Shown: positions 28,544 through 42,963, counted from the stretch's first letter. The stretch: 64,000 nt of DNA from Octopus vulgaris (GCA_951406725.2 OX597815.1:96782001-96846000); one strand, 5' to 3'. Program-made: numbers and translations. The notes: a model not told the origin generated them from the letters alone.

Positions 28544-29947
28544 ACAAAAATATTCATGTACACGCAAATGTGTTCACTCTTATATATACACTCAAAAAAG
28601 TGAGCAGTGGTGCAAGAGTACATGCATTTTTAAGTGTGTGTGTGTGCGCGCATGTGTGTATGTGTGTGTTTGTGTGTGTTTATCTGAGGGAGGAGGTAAA
28701 CGATTGATAAAGACAGAGAAAGAGATAGAGAGAGAGAGAGGCAGGGGCGAATAAGGTTGTACGTAGATGGATTTCTGTATGCGTTCGCTTGGAATAATCT
28801 TCGTCTCTATGTATTCTTTTATGCATGCATGTTTTACGTTCCAAAATGCCTTTTGTCGAAAGAGAAGAAAATCTTTGTAATAATATAATACGCAACATTG
28901 GAAAGTAATGCATCAGTTCAGTTATAGTAATTTTATTTACAAGAGCTTTAAGTTCGTTTTTATTAATTTTTTGATTTCATATTCTTTGGTAGTTTCTTTT
29001 TATTCTATTTCATTAATTATTTTCACTTCCTTGGAATGAAGAAACCACGAGAGAACTGGCTGTTATAAATCTTGCTTTAAATAGTGAGTGAGAGAAAATG
29101 ATTGAAAGGGAGAAATGGGAAAGAGATAAATAGACAAAGTGAGTGAGTTAGTGCGTGATTGACAGAGTGAGTGAGTAAGAGTTTGAGTGAGTGATTCAAT
29201 GAGTAAGTGATTGAGTAGTGAGAGAGTGAGCTAGTGAACGCTTGAGCGTGTGAAGGAGCGGGCCATGTCTTAAAATAGTGAATGAGAGAAAGTATGAGAG
29301 ATAGCGAAACAGAGGTGGTGGGGGCAACGAGATAGTTTCGACAGAAATTTGACTACAAATTTAGATTCTTTTTTTGTGAATAGGAAAAAATCTAACGGGA
29401 AGTTATGCTATTGATCAGCTGTTTTGTATTTTTTCTTGGATTACCTCCATTCAAATACTTAAGGACTATTAGCATATTTTATTGATAAAGCATTTCCTAG
29501 AAAGAAAAAAAAAGAGGTTAAAAATATGAAGAGAAATAACTGAGCATAGATACCACGTCCTACAAATAATGATCAATTATGCTAATAATGGAAAATTTAA
29601 ACATCAATAGTAAAACCAACAGCAGCACTAGCAACGCCATCAACACCAACAACACTATTATCACTTAAACTAGTGTACGGAAAAAAGTCTAAATAATTAA
29701 GCTAGGAGTAATTTCGAAAGGAATAACATCATAAGCAATAATTACTAAAGCATCAAGATAAAAAGATTTGCACAATCTAGGATGTCAAACCTATTAGAAA
29801 CAAACCATATTGTCATCATCGCTGTCAAAATTTTAACCATGAGAATACAGATACATACCACAGAGAGAAAAAAGAAAAAGAAACGTAGCAACAGTTATAA
29901 GACGTTTTATTTCGGCGAAGGTAATAAAGACAACATCAGCTTCAGTA

Positions 29948-30060
29948 GAAGTACAATGGCTCAGTGGTTAGGGCAGCGGATTCGCGGTTGTAAGAACGCG
30001 GTTTTGATTCCCAGACCGGGCATTGTAAGTGTTTATTGAGCTCCACGAGGTTCCGGCGGG
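29948..30060 (+). mobile_element. tRNA-like SINE head (family 3)
   Basis: A-box-like tggctcagtggttag and degenerate B-box-like ggttttgattccc. Confidence 0.45.
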
Positions 30061-31288
30061 GAGGGGTACTTCTGCCACAAAGCAGAGGAACAATGGTGTA
30101 ACCCACTATGGTGTGGTAAACTTTCAGACCCTACTCTAGATTGCGAATCCCCTGTACCCCAGGATTGTTCAGCTCTCCATCCATTAAAAGCCACCGTTTA
30201 CGGAATGAGGATAGCACCGTAGCTTTCGTGCCCGTGAAACCGCCAGTCTATCGCGTGTGGTGGGCGGATCTTCAAGTTGCCACACGCATTCTAGTAGCTT
30301 AGAGTAGGCTCGAGATTATTCTTTGCCACATGTAACACAGGATTAAACTAGAACACAATATCAACATCAATAAATCGTTACAGGTGTACAAAAAGTATAC
30401 CGTCGACACCAGTGTGTCATAGGATTTGACAATACTAAACGCCATGAAATTACAACGTACTAACATTAACTTTACAAACAATAATCTACCAGATTTTGCA
30501 TAATAGAAGGAAACATTCTATAATGTACCCTACCAATCTCTGAAAACACAGAATGTTCATGCTATAATGCCTTTGATCATGCAGCATGTACTCTATGAAC
30601 AGCGATAACTTTTTAAATATCAATATCACAGCCAACACTAGAAATACGGAGCCAACAAAATGTTATCTACTTAGAAATTCGTCCTCCAAGAACACCAGAA
30701 AATATTCCTCACATCACATCAATATATGATAAAAAAATAAGCGAAATATCCACAACTGTAGTAATTTAACCACAGGTTTTGATCTGCAGCTAAACCATTA
30801 AAACATAAATATAACCTCTTCCCGATTAAATGCTCCGTTTTCTAGCGCAGCAACATTCAAGAATTAGTTTACTATGAAATAACACCTTATCCTCTTGAAG
30901 AAAAAAAAAAATGGTAACAATTTCTTGTGCAGATTTACGTAGAGTATTCTGAAAAAATATATACGATGAGATGAAGATGGCTGGTATGACTTTGATCATA
31001 TCCTGTTCTAACGAAACTTATATTAGAGATACCAACAACAGAATTAGTGTAACATTAACAGATTTTATCTGCTATTCTACCTTACTATTAACTACCACTT
31101 TTGTTTTCAATAAAATATACTATTCAAAGCAGATTCATTCTGTTTCAAGTTTCGCATGCCCCTAACTGTGACAACCTCCTTCAGGCTCCTGGAATAAAAT
31201 AATAATATATATATATATATATATATAAGGATAAGATGGTTAATTTAAATATCGATCTTATCCAGAGGCAGGTGTATATATATATATA

Positions 31289-32897
31289 TCCTTAAATCCT
31301 TAAATCCTTAACAATGTTTTAGCCCGAAGGCCGCGGCCATGCTGGGGCACCACCGCTGAATGAGCTACACTAATATGTGAATCCACCTTTGATACGTGGC
31401 ACTTGATCAACAAGGGAGTTCGATGCTGCTGCCCGCATCTGCGTCTCCTGTCGTGAGGTAGGTTCATCTGGGACTCCCGGCAAGAAGAGATCCAGTTTAG
31501 TTTTAAAGAAACCCACAACCACACCATGTAAGTCTCTCAGGCATTTAGGGAGGATGTTAAAAAGCTGTGGTCCTCTGAAACTCAAGCTGTTGCAGTATCT
31601 GGACCTGTATTTTGATGGTGATGTTGGAATCTTTGGCACCATGCAGTGGCGCCCCGTTCTGCGGTTGGGGTAACTTTGAATGCCAAAGTTTGGGACAAGA
31701 CCCTCCAGGATTTTCCAGATGTATATCACCGCATATCTCTCCCGCCCCCGCTCTAGGGAGAAGAGGTTTAATACTTTCAGTATTTCCCAGTAGCTGATAT
31801 TTTGCATTGATACGATATTCTTTGTGTAGCTTCTCTGAATTGCTTCGAGTTCTGCTGTTAGTTTTATATTGTGTGGTGACCATTGTTAGGAGCAGTAGTC
31901 CAAGCGACTGAGGACGAATGTTTTCCATAGGACCATCATTGTCTCCTTCTCTCTTGTTCTGAAAGTTCGGAGAATCCATCCAGCTAGCCGTCTGCATTTT
32001 ATCACCAGATTAGTAATATGAACTTGGAAAAATGCATCATTGCTCATGTCAATGCCCAGGTCACGCACTGATTTTGACTCAGGGATTGCAATTCTTCATG
32101 GGCCAGTGTATCCAGTCTGCACGTCGTTTACCTTTGTGTGCCGGTAGCGCAGGGCCTGGAACTTGCCTTCATTAAACTGCATGTTGTTGTCCTCAGCCCA
32201 CCTGTATATTGTGTCCAACTCCTGTTGCAGATGCGCAATATTTTCAGGGTTTTGTATTGTGTGGGAGACTTTTGTGTCATCTGCATAGCTAGCAAGGGTG
32301 GCTATCGTAGCAACTGAAGGCATGTCTGAAGGGGCCACTATGAACAGCAGTGGCCCCAAGACAGTGCCCTGTGGGACACCGCTTGTTATTTGTGTTTCCT
32401 TGGAGGTGGCTCCATTGCTCACAACTGCCTGTCTTCTGTCTTTTAGGAAGTTGTGCAGCCACTCTCCAAGTATTCCGCCTATGCCGAGACCACGCAGTTT
32501 GTGACAGATCATACCATGGTCGACTTTATCAAAGGATTTTGCAAAGTCGAGATATATTACATCCACATTTGAGCCATTTAGTAGCTGTTTTAACACCCAG
32601 TCATAGTGTTACAGGAGCTGTGTTAGGCAGCTTCTACCTGGTCGAAATCCATGCTGGGTATCAGACAGCAAATCATTTTCTTCAAAGAACATGATTAGTT
32701 TCTTACGGACTATTCGTTCCATGACTTTGCTGATGTGTGAGGTCAGAGAGATAAGCCTATAATTTTTAGCATCTGCTCTGCTACCTCCCTTATGGATAGG
32801 GCATATTACCCCCTCTTTCAATTTGACTGGGAGCTTACCACTTGCAAGAAAGCTCTGAAAAAGAAGGGGTAGCGGTTTTGCAAGAGCTCGTTTGCAC
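31289..32897 (-). mobile_element. 5'-truncated CR1-group LINE: reverse transcriptase pseudogene plus 3' UTR
   Basis: ORF pieces PIHKGGSRADAKNYRLISLTS, QHGFRPGRSCLTQLL, DVIYLDFAKSFDKVDH, SGVPQGTVLGPLLF, YADDTK and LERGRERY. The tail is (taaggatt)3. Few disruptions. Confidence 0.93.
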
Positions 32898-33850
32898 GAA
32901 CGTAGCCTTCAACAGTCACATATAAATTCGAATCCTCTCTCATTTGGATTCGATGTGGATTTTTTTTCGAAAATCATCGAATTAATCTGAGCAAGAATTT
33001 AAGAATTTCGATTTCTTGGTCAATCTACTTTTGCAGGTCCACGACAGCGATTTCCAAGATATAGATTTCGTCCTCGATGTCATAGCAAATGGCAGATACG
33101 AGCCATTCTATTTCTATTTCAGGCAGTACATTATTTTAATTATTGTGAGCCTACGACCAGGGATCATCAGTAAATTTTCAAATCGGAAGGACTTTGTGGA
33201 GAGGTCCATGGCGCTTTCTTCAGTGTCGAATCGAACTTCGATCGTAGCAAATCTGTTTTCCTTCGTGATGTAGTCTTTAAAGGCCCATATAGGACTTAAA
33301 CATTTCTCAACATTTTCTTGAGTGGCCTTTTCGTGTGGCCTTGTTTTTAGGTTGAATGTCCTGTAAATAATGGTTTCTTCTTCCGATTTTTTCGTGATGT
33401 TTTGTGGTGTCTGTAGTTGTATGCTGAGTTCGTTTTTTTCAAACATTGCTTTTCAGGCGAGCAGTTCTTCCTTGTAATAGCACATGAATTTTTTCTTTAA
33501 ATTTAAAGCTGTGGGAAAATTGTTTACAGTATTCGTGTTGGTTGTGGTGGTAATGGTGGTAGTGATGGTAGCAGTGGTGGATGCAGTAATTATAGTACCA
33601 GAAGCATTCGTGCCTTCTAAGGCCTGTGTGCGTTCGCGCGGAATGGTTCTGCTCTCAGCTTCTTTCGCCTCTAGCATTGCTAGAGGCGGGAAGTCAGCAT
33701 CATGGTTTCGCTTAACCATACATATGGCAAAGAAATCGAATAAAATAGACATGTAAATAGGTTTGAAACTGTACCTCGGTGTCAATTATTCCCTTGAAAA
33801 CACTCTCAGATAAAAGCTGTGTGCTTTACACACCTTGTGTGCAAAAATTG
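32898..33850 (-). mobile_element. L1/Tx1-like ORF1 (gag-like) remnant with 5' region
   Basis: ORFs 33785-33453 and 33446-33114 (RRM-like IEVRFDTEESA). Downstream ...VTVEG of the type that precedes a CCHC knuckle, cut at the RT junction. Confidence 0.5.
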
Positions 33851-34329
33851 AATCAACACGTATGCAATAATAGGTCGAAAAAAGGGATTACCTGCGGAGC
33901 CGATGCAACATCACGTCAGTCGATAGATAGATAGAGAGAGGGAGAGAAATAGAGAGAGAAACAGTCAGACAGACATACAAATAGAATAGATAGATATATA
34001 GATAAATAGACATACATACAAGCATATATATATAATGGTTTTCGACTAGTTTGTCGAGTATGATTCTTCTCAACGTGAGCATTGACAGAGTGCATATATA
34101 CATGCACAAGTATAGTTAAAAACCAACAAGTTTGAAATTACTTGAAGATGACTAAAGATAGTTTACATGCTGTGTGATCGGAAATTACTCTTTAGTCTAG
34201 CAAGAGATTTACAAAATTTTCACACAGACATGAAAATGTTTTGATATCGCTCTAAAGACTGCTGGAAATTGTTATTCTGACATTCTATGTGCCCTGAAAA
34301 TACAAATTTACTTCTGCAGATTTTATTTC

Positions 34330-34900
34330 AAACAGATCAAGGAAATTCATCAGATTGTAACTGAAAACTCTGTCAAGCGTCTAAAAACGTGCTTCCGCTT
34401 ATGACTATCCAGTCCAGTTTGGGTGATACACATACGGTTGCAGATATCACAAGTTAGCAGAGAAGGATCATTGGTCAGAAGCAAACCCTTTCTGACCTCA
34501 CGTTTTGTCAGTGTATCTTTCCGCTTAATATCATCAAACACGGTATCGACTTCTTGGAAATTTTCTACTCCAATTTGGTCGGTCCTTTGCATCATTTTTG
34601 CATGCATCATATTACATGGATTTCAGTTATATATTTACGTACACATATGCGGGTAATTTGAAGACCTACCGCAAACCTCTCAGTATCCAGCTTTGTCAGT
34701 ATGGTCTGCAGACTGTCTGTCGTTTAAGCGGTGAGTAAAATGTCATCTGTGCATCGCAGGTGTGTTAGTTACTCATCATTGACGTTTACGCTATCTTTCC
34801 ACTCAATGTTCTTGATGGTCTTTTCTAGACATGCGGTGAAGTGATATGAAGAGATGGTATTTCATTGCTTGAAACTCTTTGCAATTGACAACCTTACTGG
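34330..34900 (-). mobile_element. RTE-clade LINE C-terminal remnant
   Basis: TCDICNRMCITQTGLDSHKRKH matches the RTE C-terminal C2H2 motif. An upstream LRFAVG-like segment resembles RLRWxGH. Confidence 0.6.
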
Positions 34901-35088
34901 TGTGTTCTATACATATAACATTCTATCTTTTCCTTCGCTTATCCAAGTCATAGGTGCAATCCAGTTCCTTATGAGGGTATGTGTGTGTCTGTTTGTTTGT
35001 TTGTGCGTGTATATATGTGCGAGTGTGTGTGTTTGTGTGTGTATTTGTGCCATGTATCTATATTTATCTATATAAAAATATGTATGTG

Positions 35089-35435
35089 TAGGCGCAAGCA
35101 TGGCTATTTGGTAAGACGTTTCGTACCCAGCCACATAGTTCCGGTCTTACCTTGAGCAGCCATCATTGCCACGACATTGTCAGTGGATTTCGTAGAAAGG
35201 AGCTCCTAGTATATATGTGTGTGCTTGTGTGTGTGTATGTGTGTGTCTGTCCGTGAGTGTTTGCGTGTGCACACGTCCTACCCACCGATTGCATACCTAT
35301 AACTCTCAACTAGAAAGTTTAGAAAAACCACAAGTCTTAAAAACATTAGTACAGGCGTCAGTTCGTGAGGCTAAAATTCTACGAGACGGTGCCCCAGCAT
35401 ACACGCAGTTTATTGAGTGAAACGAATAAAAGAAA
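35089..35435 (+). mobile_element. Degraded SINE family 1
   Basis: taggcgcaagcatggct head, (GT)n body, ggtgccccagcat...gaaacgaataaaaga tail. Confidence 0.65.
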
Positions 35436-35815
35436 AAAATGAATATATAGTATATAAAATACATAAAAGTATGTCTGTGTGTATGTATGCATCCTTTTCT
35501 CTCATTTCTTCTTTCTCACTATGTATATATAGCCCGTGTTCGGGTCGGGTGCTTCCCTGGAAATAACCTAACTTCCACTCCTACATGACCTTGTACCTTT
35601 CTGTACGTTTAGAGATTATAAATGCGTATTGAAAACTAGGATTTCTCAGTTTTCATTTCCTTCAGTTGTTTGCAGCATGCGTTTCTCTACTTCACCAGTT
35701 ATATTACCAGAAATACAACCTTTCTCTTAAGGCTTCCTTATTGCTTTCCACTGTTGAATGCATCGCACTTCTTATTTTATTTTCTGCATGTATTAGAATC
35801 ACAAAATCTTTTGGA

Positions 35816-35853
<38 letters not shown>

Positions 35854-35872
35854 GTATATATATATGTATATG

Positions 35873-35903
<31 letters not shown>

Positions 35904-35910
35904 GTACGTA

Positions 35911-35959
<49 letters not shown>

Positions 35960-35986
35960 GTATATATGTATATATATATGTACGTA

Positions 35987-36018
<32 letters not shown>

Positions 36019-36026
36019 CATACAGA

Positions 36027-36150
36027 CATATAATTCGTTTGTTTGTCTCCTTCTATATATACATACATTTATAAATTTGTTCATATATTTCTATATTTCT
36101 CTCTCTCTCTCTCTACATATATATATATATGTATTTATAAGGATATATGC

Positions 36151-36186
<36 letters not shown>

Positions 36187-36230
36187 TTATGTGTGTGTGT
36201 ATATTTATATATATATATATATATAAATAT

Positions 36231-36283
<53 letters not shown>

Positions 36284-36284
36284 T

Positions 36285-36316
<32 letters not shown>

Positions 36317-36476
36317 GCATATATCCTTAAAAATACATATATATATAGAGAGAGAGAGCGAGAGAGAAATATAGAAATATATGAACAAATTTATAAATGT
36401 ATGTATATATATATATATATATGTGTGTGTATGTATGTATGTATATATAGAAGGAGACAAACAAACGAATTATATG
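36027..36476. repeat. Local inverted duplication centred on a (TA)n tract
   Basis: catataattcgtttgtttgtctccttcta...aaggatatatgc is mirrored by gcatatatcctt...tagaaggagacaaacaaacgaattatatg. Confidence 0.85.
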
Positions 36477-36746
36477 CATATCTCTAACTTAATATGCGTG
36501 TCATGATTTTATTCTTTAGCGCCTTATCATTTAATATATTTCATTATAACATTGCTTTAAAATCAAATTGTTTTAAATTTTATCAAATCTTTCAGCAAAT
36601 TGTGAAGAAAATCTATATTCGTTCTATTTGCGAGGCATTTACTTCTGTTAGTAATCTAATGCTCAGTTCAGTAATTTGATTACATTGTCTTTTTCTTTGG
36701 GTTTAAATTATTTTTAGTTTAATAATGATTTATATCCTATGCATCC

Positions 36747-36834
<88 letters not shown>

Positions 36835-36854
36835 CATCATTATTATTATTATTA

Positions 36855-38020
36855 AAGCGGCAAACTAGCAGAATCGTTAGCACGCCGAGAATAATGATTA
36901 GCTCATTTCGTCTTCATTACGTTCTGAGTTAAAATGCCGCCGGCGTCGGATCTATCTTTCAGACATTTAGGGTCAATAAAATAATACCATTTCAGTACTG
37001 TGGTTGATGAAATACACTTAACGCCTTCCCCAATATTTCATGACTTGTGCCTATAGTAGAAAGGATTATCGTTATTATCTCTTTATGCACTGACTTCTTG
37101 AAACTTATTTGACCATATATCTGGTAGAACCATTAGCACACCGGGCGAAATGTTTTGCAGCATTTCGTCTGATTTCTTGTTCTGAGTTCAAATTCTGCTG
37201 AGTTCGATTTTTCCTTTTTCCTTTTGAGGTCAATAAAATATATACTAGTCAATAACTGAGGACGATGCAACTGACATAGTCCCTATTCTGAAATTGCTGG
37301 CCTTGAGTCAAATTTTTTAATTATTATTCTCAAGTCGGTGAAAATGCTTAGCAGAGTTTCATCCGGCTTTAGGGTCAAAGTTCAAATTCCACCGGGGTCG
37401 ACTTTGCCTTCAATCCCTCCTGTGGTCGACCAAACGGATACGAGTTCATCATCGCCAACGATGCAATCGACTTAGCCCCTCCCTCGAGCTTGCTAGCCTT
37501 TTGCGTAGATTCAAGTTCATTATTTATTATTATTATTGTTGTTGTTGGTGTTGTCATCGTCGTCGTTGTCAGTCTTGTTAAATTGTCAAGGTGATAGAAC
37601 CGTTAGCTCGTCGGACACACTGTTTAAGGGCATTTCTTCTAGCTTTCCTTTCTAAGCTTAAATGCTGTCGAGGGCGACTTTACCTTTCATCTTTCCAGGA
37701 TCGACAAACGAAGTACAAGTTTTATACAGTTGTAGATGTGATTGACTAGACCATATCTTCCAACACTTCACTCCCTGTGTGTATTGAAGAAATAATGAAA
37801 TATTGCTGTTGTCGTTGTTAAGGCAACGATTTTGTAAAATCTTTAGCGCCTTGGACTATTTGCTTAGCAGCATTTATTCTGGTTCTTTACATTCTAAGTT
37901 CAAATACCGTGGAGTTCAACTCGACATTCTAGTATTTTGGGATTCATAAAATCCGATAGCATTAAGTACCAGTGTTAATGTATCTTTCTAGCTCCATGCC
38001 CCCAAATTCCAGATCTTGTT
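36855..38020 (+). repeat. Head-to-tail array of about five diverged SINE family 2 copies
   Basis: The recurrent core cgttagc..cg...ttct[ga]agttcaaa..gtcgactt starts at about 36855, 37120, 37331, 37585 and 37820, with (att)n/(gtt)n linkers. Confidence 0.7.
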
Positions 38021-38934
38021 TACCTCACCATCGAGAGTGGTGTTGCTTTCGTCATAAGAAATTTAAAAACTTCTAGAACATGTGAAATGATACTCTTTTG
38101 CATACTTCGTAATGCGATGCACTTAAAATTGAAATTATTTCATGCGTACTTGACATTTAAACACTTGTGTGCATTATATTTACTGAGATAGAATATGGAG
38201 CGATACTGTGAAGGACCTGGTAGCTTCAAACATGACCTAGCATCATAAGTTTAACACGGTTCCACGTCGTGGTTTCCCAGTTTCTTGCGTCAATGTCTAA
38301 TGATTAAATAATTCACCTAACATTCATAAGCTCTTTTGTGATGTCACTGCTTGGCCTCTTGATCGAGTATCTCTTAAAACTCTGCATCAAACCTAACTCC
38401 ATCGAGTGAAAGTAGTTTGAAGAAAACTGTGGAGAAATGCATTTAGTAGGACTCAATTGTAACTCAACGTTTTGAATTACACATCATATAATGCGTCGTG
38501 CTCCTGCAGTTAAATGAATATGCCGAATACGAATTTGTTTACTTGTTAAGTTACAGAAGAATGATTTAAGATGATCGAACAACTGAATGCACTTCTTTGA
38601 ACATGGCAGATGAGCCACCATCTGCAAATATACACTTAGGGGTAAATAGGAGGAATGGGAAGAAACATTGACGAGGCGATGTCAGTTTAAAAGAAATAAT
38701 GTTTACGACGTAAGTTAATCAAAGTTTCAGTCAAGTAGAGTTACAGCGTTACGCGAAAATAAATGAAATAAAATAGAACACTTTTATTAACTTGTAGTTT
38801 AAAGCTTTAAACCGATTATGTGTGAATATAAAAAGAATATACAAGAATTAAAATCACGTGAAATTTAAAGATCTAAATATCAATTTAAAAAATGTACAAA
38901 TGAAAACATTTAGTCTTTACAAAGTATATATGCG

Positions 38935-39024
<90 letters not shown>

Positions 39025-39272
39025 ATGTATGTACGTATGAATATATATATATATGTATGTATGAATATATATATATATATGTACTATTTTTTTCCACTGA
39101 ACAGCAGAACTAATCACGTCAGAACAATGAATTCGTCTCCAGTAGAAGAATAAGAGCATCAACATGAATAGCTGACAATAAATGTGTTGATCTTAACGAA
39201 GATGACTGTTTTATATTTAAAATAACAAGACAACAACACACGAAATGGTGTTCACAACGATGATGATGATGG

Positions 39273-39303
<31 letters not shown>

Positions 39304-39316
39304 AATAATAATAATG

Positions 39317-39388
<72 letters not shown>

Positions 39389-39864
39389 TTGATGTCGACA
39401 ACAATAAAATTTATCACGATGAAATTTATAAAACAAATGAACTGACCAAATAATGAATTATTTGTAATGAAAACACTAGCAATAGAAAATGAATCAAACT
39501 TTATAACTATAAAAAAACAATTAAAATTCTACTGCCTCTATTGTTGTATTTTCAATTATATTTCAGTTTATTCTAGAGTGAGGATGTCATTTGTCAATAA
39601 TTTTAATCATCAAACAACTTTGAGAGCAACGGGGAAATGACTTTATATAAATTGACAAGGAATGACACTATTTTAGAAAAGAGTAGATCACTATAAGAAA
39701 GTGGGGGAAGGAAACTGAGACAAAAAATGCAAAGGATAAGCAAGTAGATAGATAGATAAATAAATATACAGACAGACAGAGAAATAGAAAGATAGATAGG
39801 CAGACAAAAAGACAAACAAAAAGATAGATTAACTGAACGATAGATAAATAGATACATAGATAGA

Positions 39865-39919
<55 letters not shown>

Positions 39920-41848
39920 TATTGTGCTCTGAAAGGGGACTTGTATATGAACTCGCGTTACAGAGATATGATGAAAAAGACATTCAGAGAAGGGGAAAGG
40001 AAGAGCATATGATTTACTCTACACGTGTCTAGTAAATATATACTGGGGCAAAGTTCTTGAGAAGGCCAGCATAATTACAGAGCATCGCATTAAAACTTGA
40101 GTACAAAAACATTTAAAGAAAAATAACAAACTCTGCCGAATGAACGAAGTGAGAGAACAATCTAATCATGAACAAGCAAACGACACACCGGAAACAGCAT
40201 ACACCATTTCAATGTGTACATTCATTCATTCATTCATTCATACGTACATACAAACACACACACACACACATACACACATACATATATATGTATGTGTGTA
40301 TATGTGTGTGTGTGTATATATATATATATATACACACACATATATATATGTGTATATTTATAAATGATTTACATGCGTGTGTATGTGTGCGTATGCGTGT
40401 CCATATGTGTGTGAACGCGCCTGTTTGTGTCTGTGTGCAAAGAAATAAAAGAATTACCTTGGCAAGAATAAATAAAGACATTTATACAGAAATAAATATC
40501 AATAAATCTCACTGCAACGAACAAGCCAACCAACCTAAGCCTGGCGTGTAAATCTTGATACTGAAGACCATAATCAGATTAAATTTGATGGATTACGTAG
40601 AAAATTATAGAGAAACAAATAAAATAAAGAAGCAAATACCGATGGCATTAAGAAGAGCATCTACAACAATAACAATATCACCAGCTGGAACAAGAACAAC
40701 AATAAAATAACAATAGTACAAATAGCGACGACTATGAGGAAAACAAGATGAATGTGTTATGAATATCAGCGTGCTTCTAAGGATATTCTGAAACGCTCTC
40801 GGATTTTTTCTTCTAACAATGAAAAGCTGCCTTTCTGCATCCATTCACACTTTGAATTGTCTTTCTAAACTCATTCAAACTTTATCACAGTTTAAGTAAG
40901 TGCTGAGCTCCTCTGGCGTATAGTGAGAAGTGGATACGTCTAAGTTGAGGAAATTATAGTGAAACAAATAGGTGAAGACTGACATATATGTGATAGAGAA
41001 AGACAGAGGAAAAGTAAGAGAATATAGACTGAAAATCATAGTGTGAAAGACTGAGGCAGAATCTAATTGTAAGAAAGATTAACAAAATAGAAAGAAATCG
41101 TACATTTGTTGTGAAGAACTCAATAGCGCAAAACGCATTGAAGTAACTCTACGTAGAGGAAATGTGCTTCACAAAAATACACAGATAGCCAAATTATATG
41201 CCTATTTATAATTACACACACAGATATATATGTATATATGTATATATATATAATTTCAACAATTGAGGGTAAAATTAATTAATTATTAATTAATTTCACC
41301 AAGTGTTCAGTATGCAAAGGGACCATTTAAGGTGAATTCAAATTATTACAATATATAAAAGGGCTTAGTAAAATAAATTACTTTGCCGCATACTGAACTC
41401 ATTAGAAATAGCAGCTAAAAAACTTTTTTGAAAACCATTTCTAATACTTAAAAAAGTTTTTTAGCTGCTATTTCTAATGAGTTCAGTATGCGGCAAAGTA
41501 ATTTATTTTACTAAGCCCTTTTATATATTGTAATAATTTGAATTCACCTTAAATGGTCCCTTTGCATACTGAACACTTGGTGAAATTAATTAATAATTAA
41601 TTAATTTTACCCTCAATTGTTGAAATTATAATTAATCTCCCTCTAATTAATGCTTCGGATTTTACCGAAATAAGCAGAGTGTTTGTTGATTTTAACCCAC
41701 GCTGGTGGAAAGGGGAGGACAGAAATTCTTCGCTTGCATGTTTGAGTTTGTTGGCACTGTTAGTTACGAGCAGATCTTCGAAGGAGATGAGAGGCCGAGA
41801 GAGTATGCTCTCACTTTCAGTGTTTTCAAATCCAAACCATGGAGTTTC

Positions 41849-41900
41849 TGAGCTGATGATAGAAGTGTCTTGATGACTAATCTTGAAACGTACGTTCTCA
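41849..41900 (+). ncRNA. Type-I hammerhead ribozyme motif, unit 1
   Basis: TGAG-CTGATGA-TAGAAGTGTCTTGATGACTAATCTT-GAAA-CGTACG-TT-CTCA. Canonical CUGAUGA/GAAA core, helix I TGAG/CTCA, palindromic helix III ACGTACGT. Confidence 0.7.
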
Positions 41901-42409
41901 AATAATCTTTGCATTTGATTTTTTTATGTCTTTACCCCCAAACTTTCGTGAGTTGAGTTGACCAAACACTATACGAGAGAGATTTTCTTTAAGTATTAGA
42001 AATGGTTTTTAAAAAAGTTTTTTAGCTGCTATTTCTAATGAGTTCAGTATGCGGCAAAGTAATTTATTTTACTAAGCCCTTTTATATATTGTAATAATTT
42101 GAATTCACCTTAAATGGTCCCTTTGCATACTGAACACTTGGTGAAATTAATTAATAATTAATTAATTTTACCCTCAATTGTTGAAATTATAATTAATCTC
42201 CCTCTAATTAATGCTTCGGATTTTACCGAAATAAGCAGAGTGTTTGTTGATTTTAACCCACGCTGGTGGAAAGGGGAGGACAGAAATTCTTCGCTTGCAT
42301 GTTTGAGTTTGTTGGCACTGTTAGTTACGAGCAGATCTTCGAAGGAGATGAGAGGCCGAGAGAGTATGCTCTCACTTTCAGTGTTTTCAAATCCAAACCA
42401 TGGAGTTTC

Positions 42410-42461
42410 TGAGCTGATGATAGAAGTGTCTTGATGACTAATCTTGAAACGTACGTTCTCA
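42410..42461 (+). ncRNA. Type-I hammerhead ribozyme motif, unit 2
   Basis: Identical copy 561 bp downstream of 41849-41900. Confidence 0.7.
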
Positions 42462-42648
42462 AATAACCTTTGCATTTGATTTTTTTATGTCTTTACCCCC
42501 AAACTTTCGTGAGTTGAGTTGACCAAACACTATACGAGAGAGATTTTCTTTAAGTATTAGAAATGGTTTTTAAAAAAGTTTTTTAGCTGCTATTTCTAAT
42601 GAGTTCAGTATGCGGTAAAGTAATTTATTTTACTAAGCCCTTTTATAT

Positions 42649-42835
<187 letters not shown>

Positions 42836-42864
42836 GCATCACTCTCCCTCTCTCTGTCTCTCTC

Positions 42865-42904
<40 letters not shown>

Positions 42905-42917
42905 TATATATATGTAT

Positions 42918-42963
<46 letters not shown>

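Noticed and set aside
29948-30020. Possible tRNA gene
   Set aside because: It has A/B-box-like motifs but no complete cloverleaf. Treated as a SINE head.
34350-34610. C2H2 zinc-finger host gene
   Set aside because: It is a single finger of the RTE-LINE C-terminal type within decayed LINE sequence.
41597-42475. Duplicated 105-aa and 64-aa ORFs
   Set aside because: They are a by-product of the 561-bp tandem repeat, with no recognisable RT or GIY-YIG motif.
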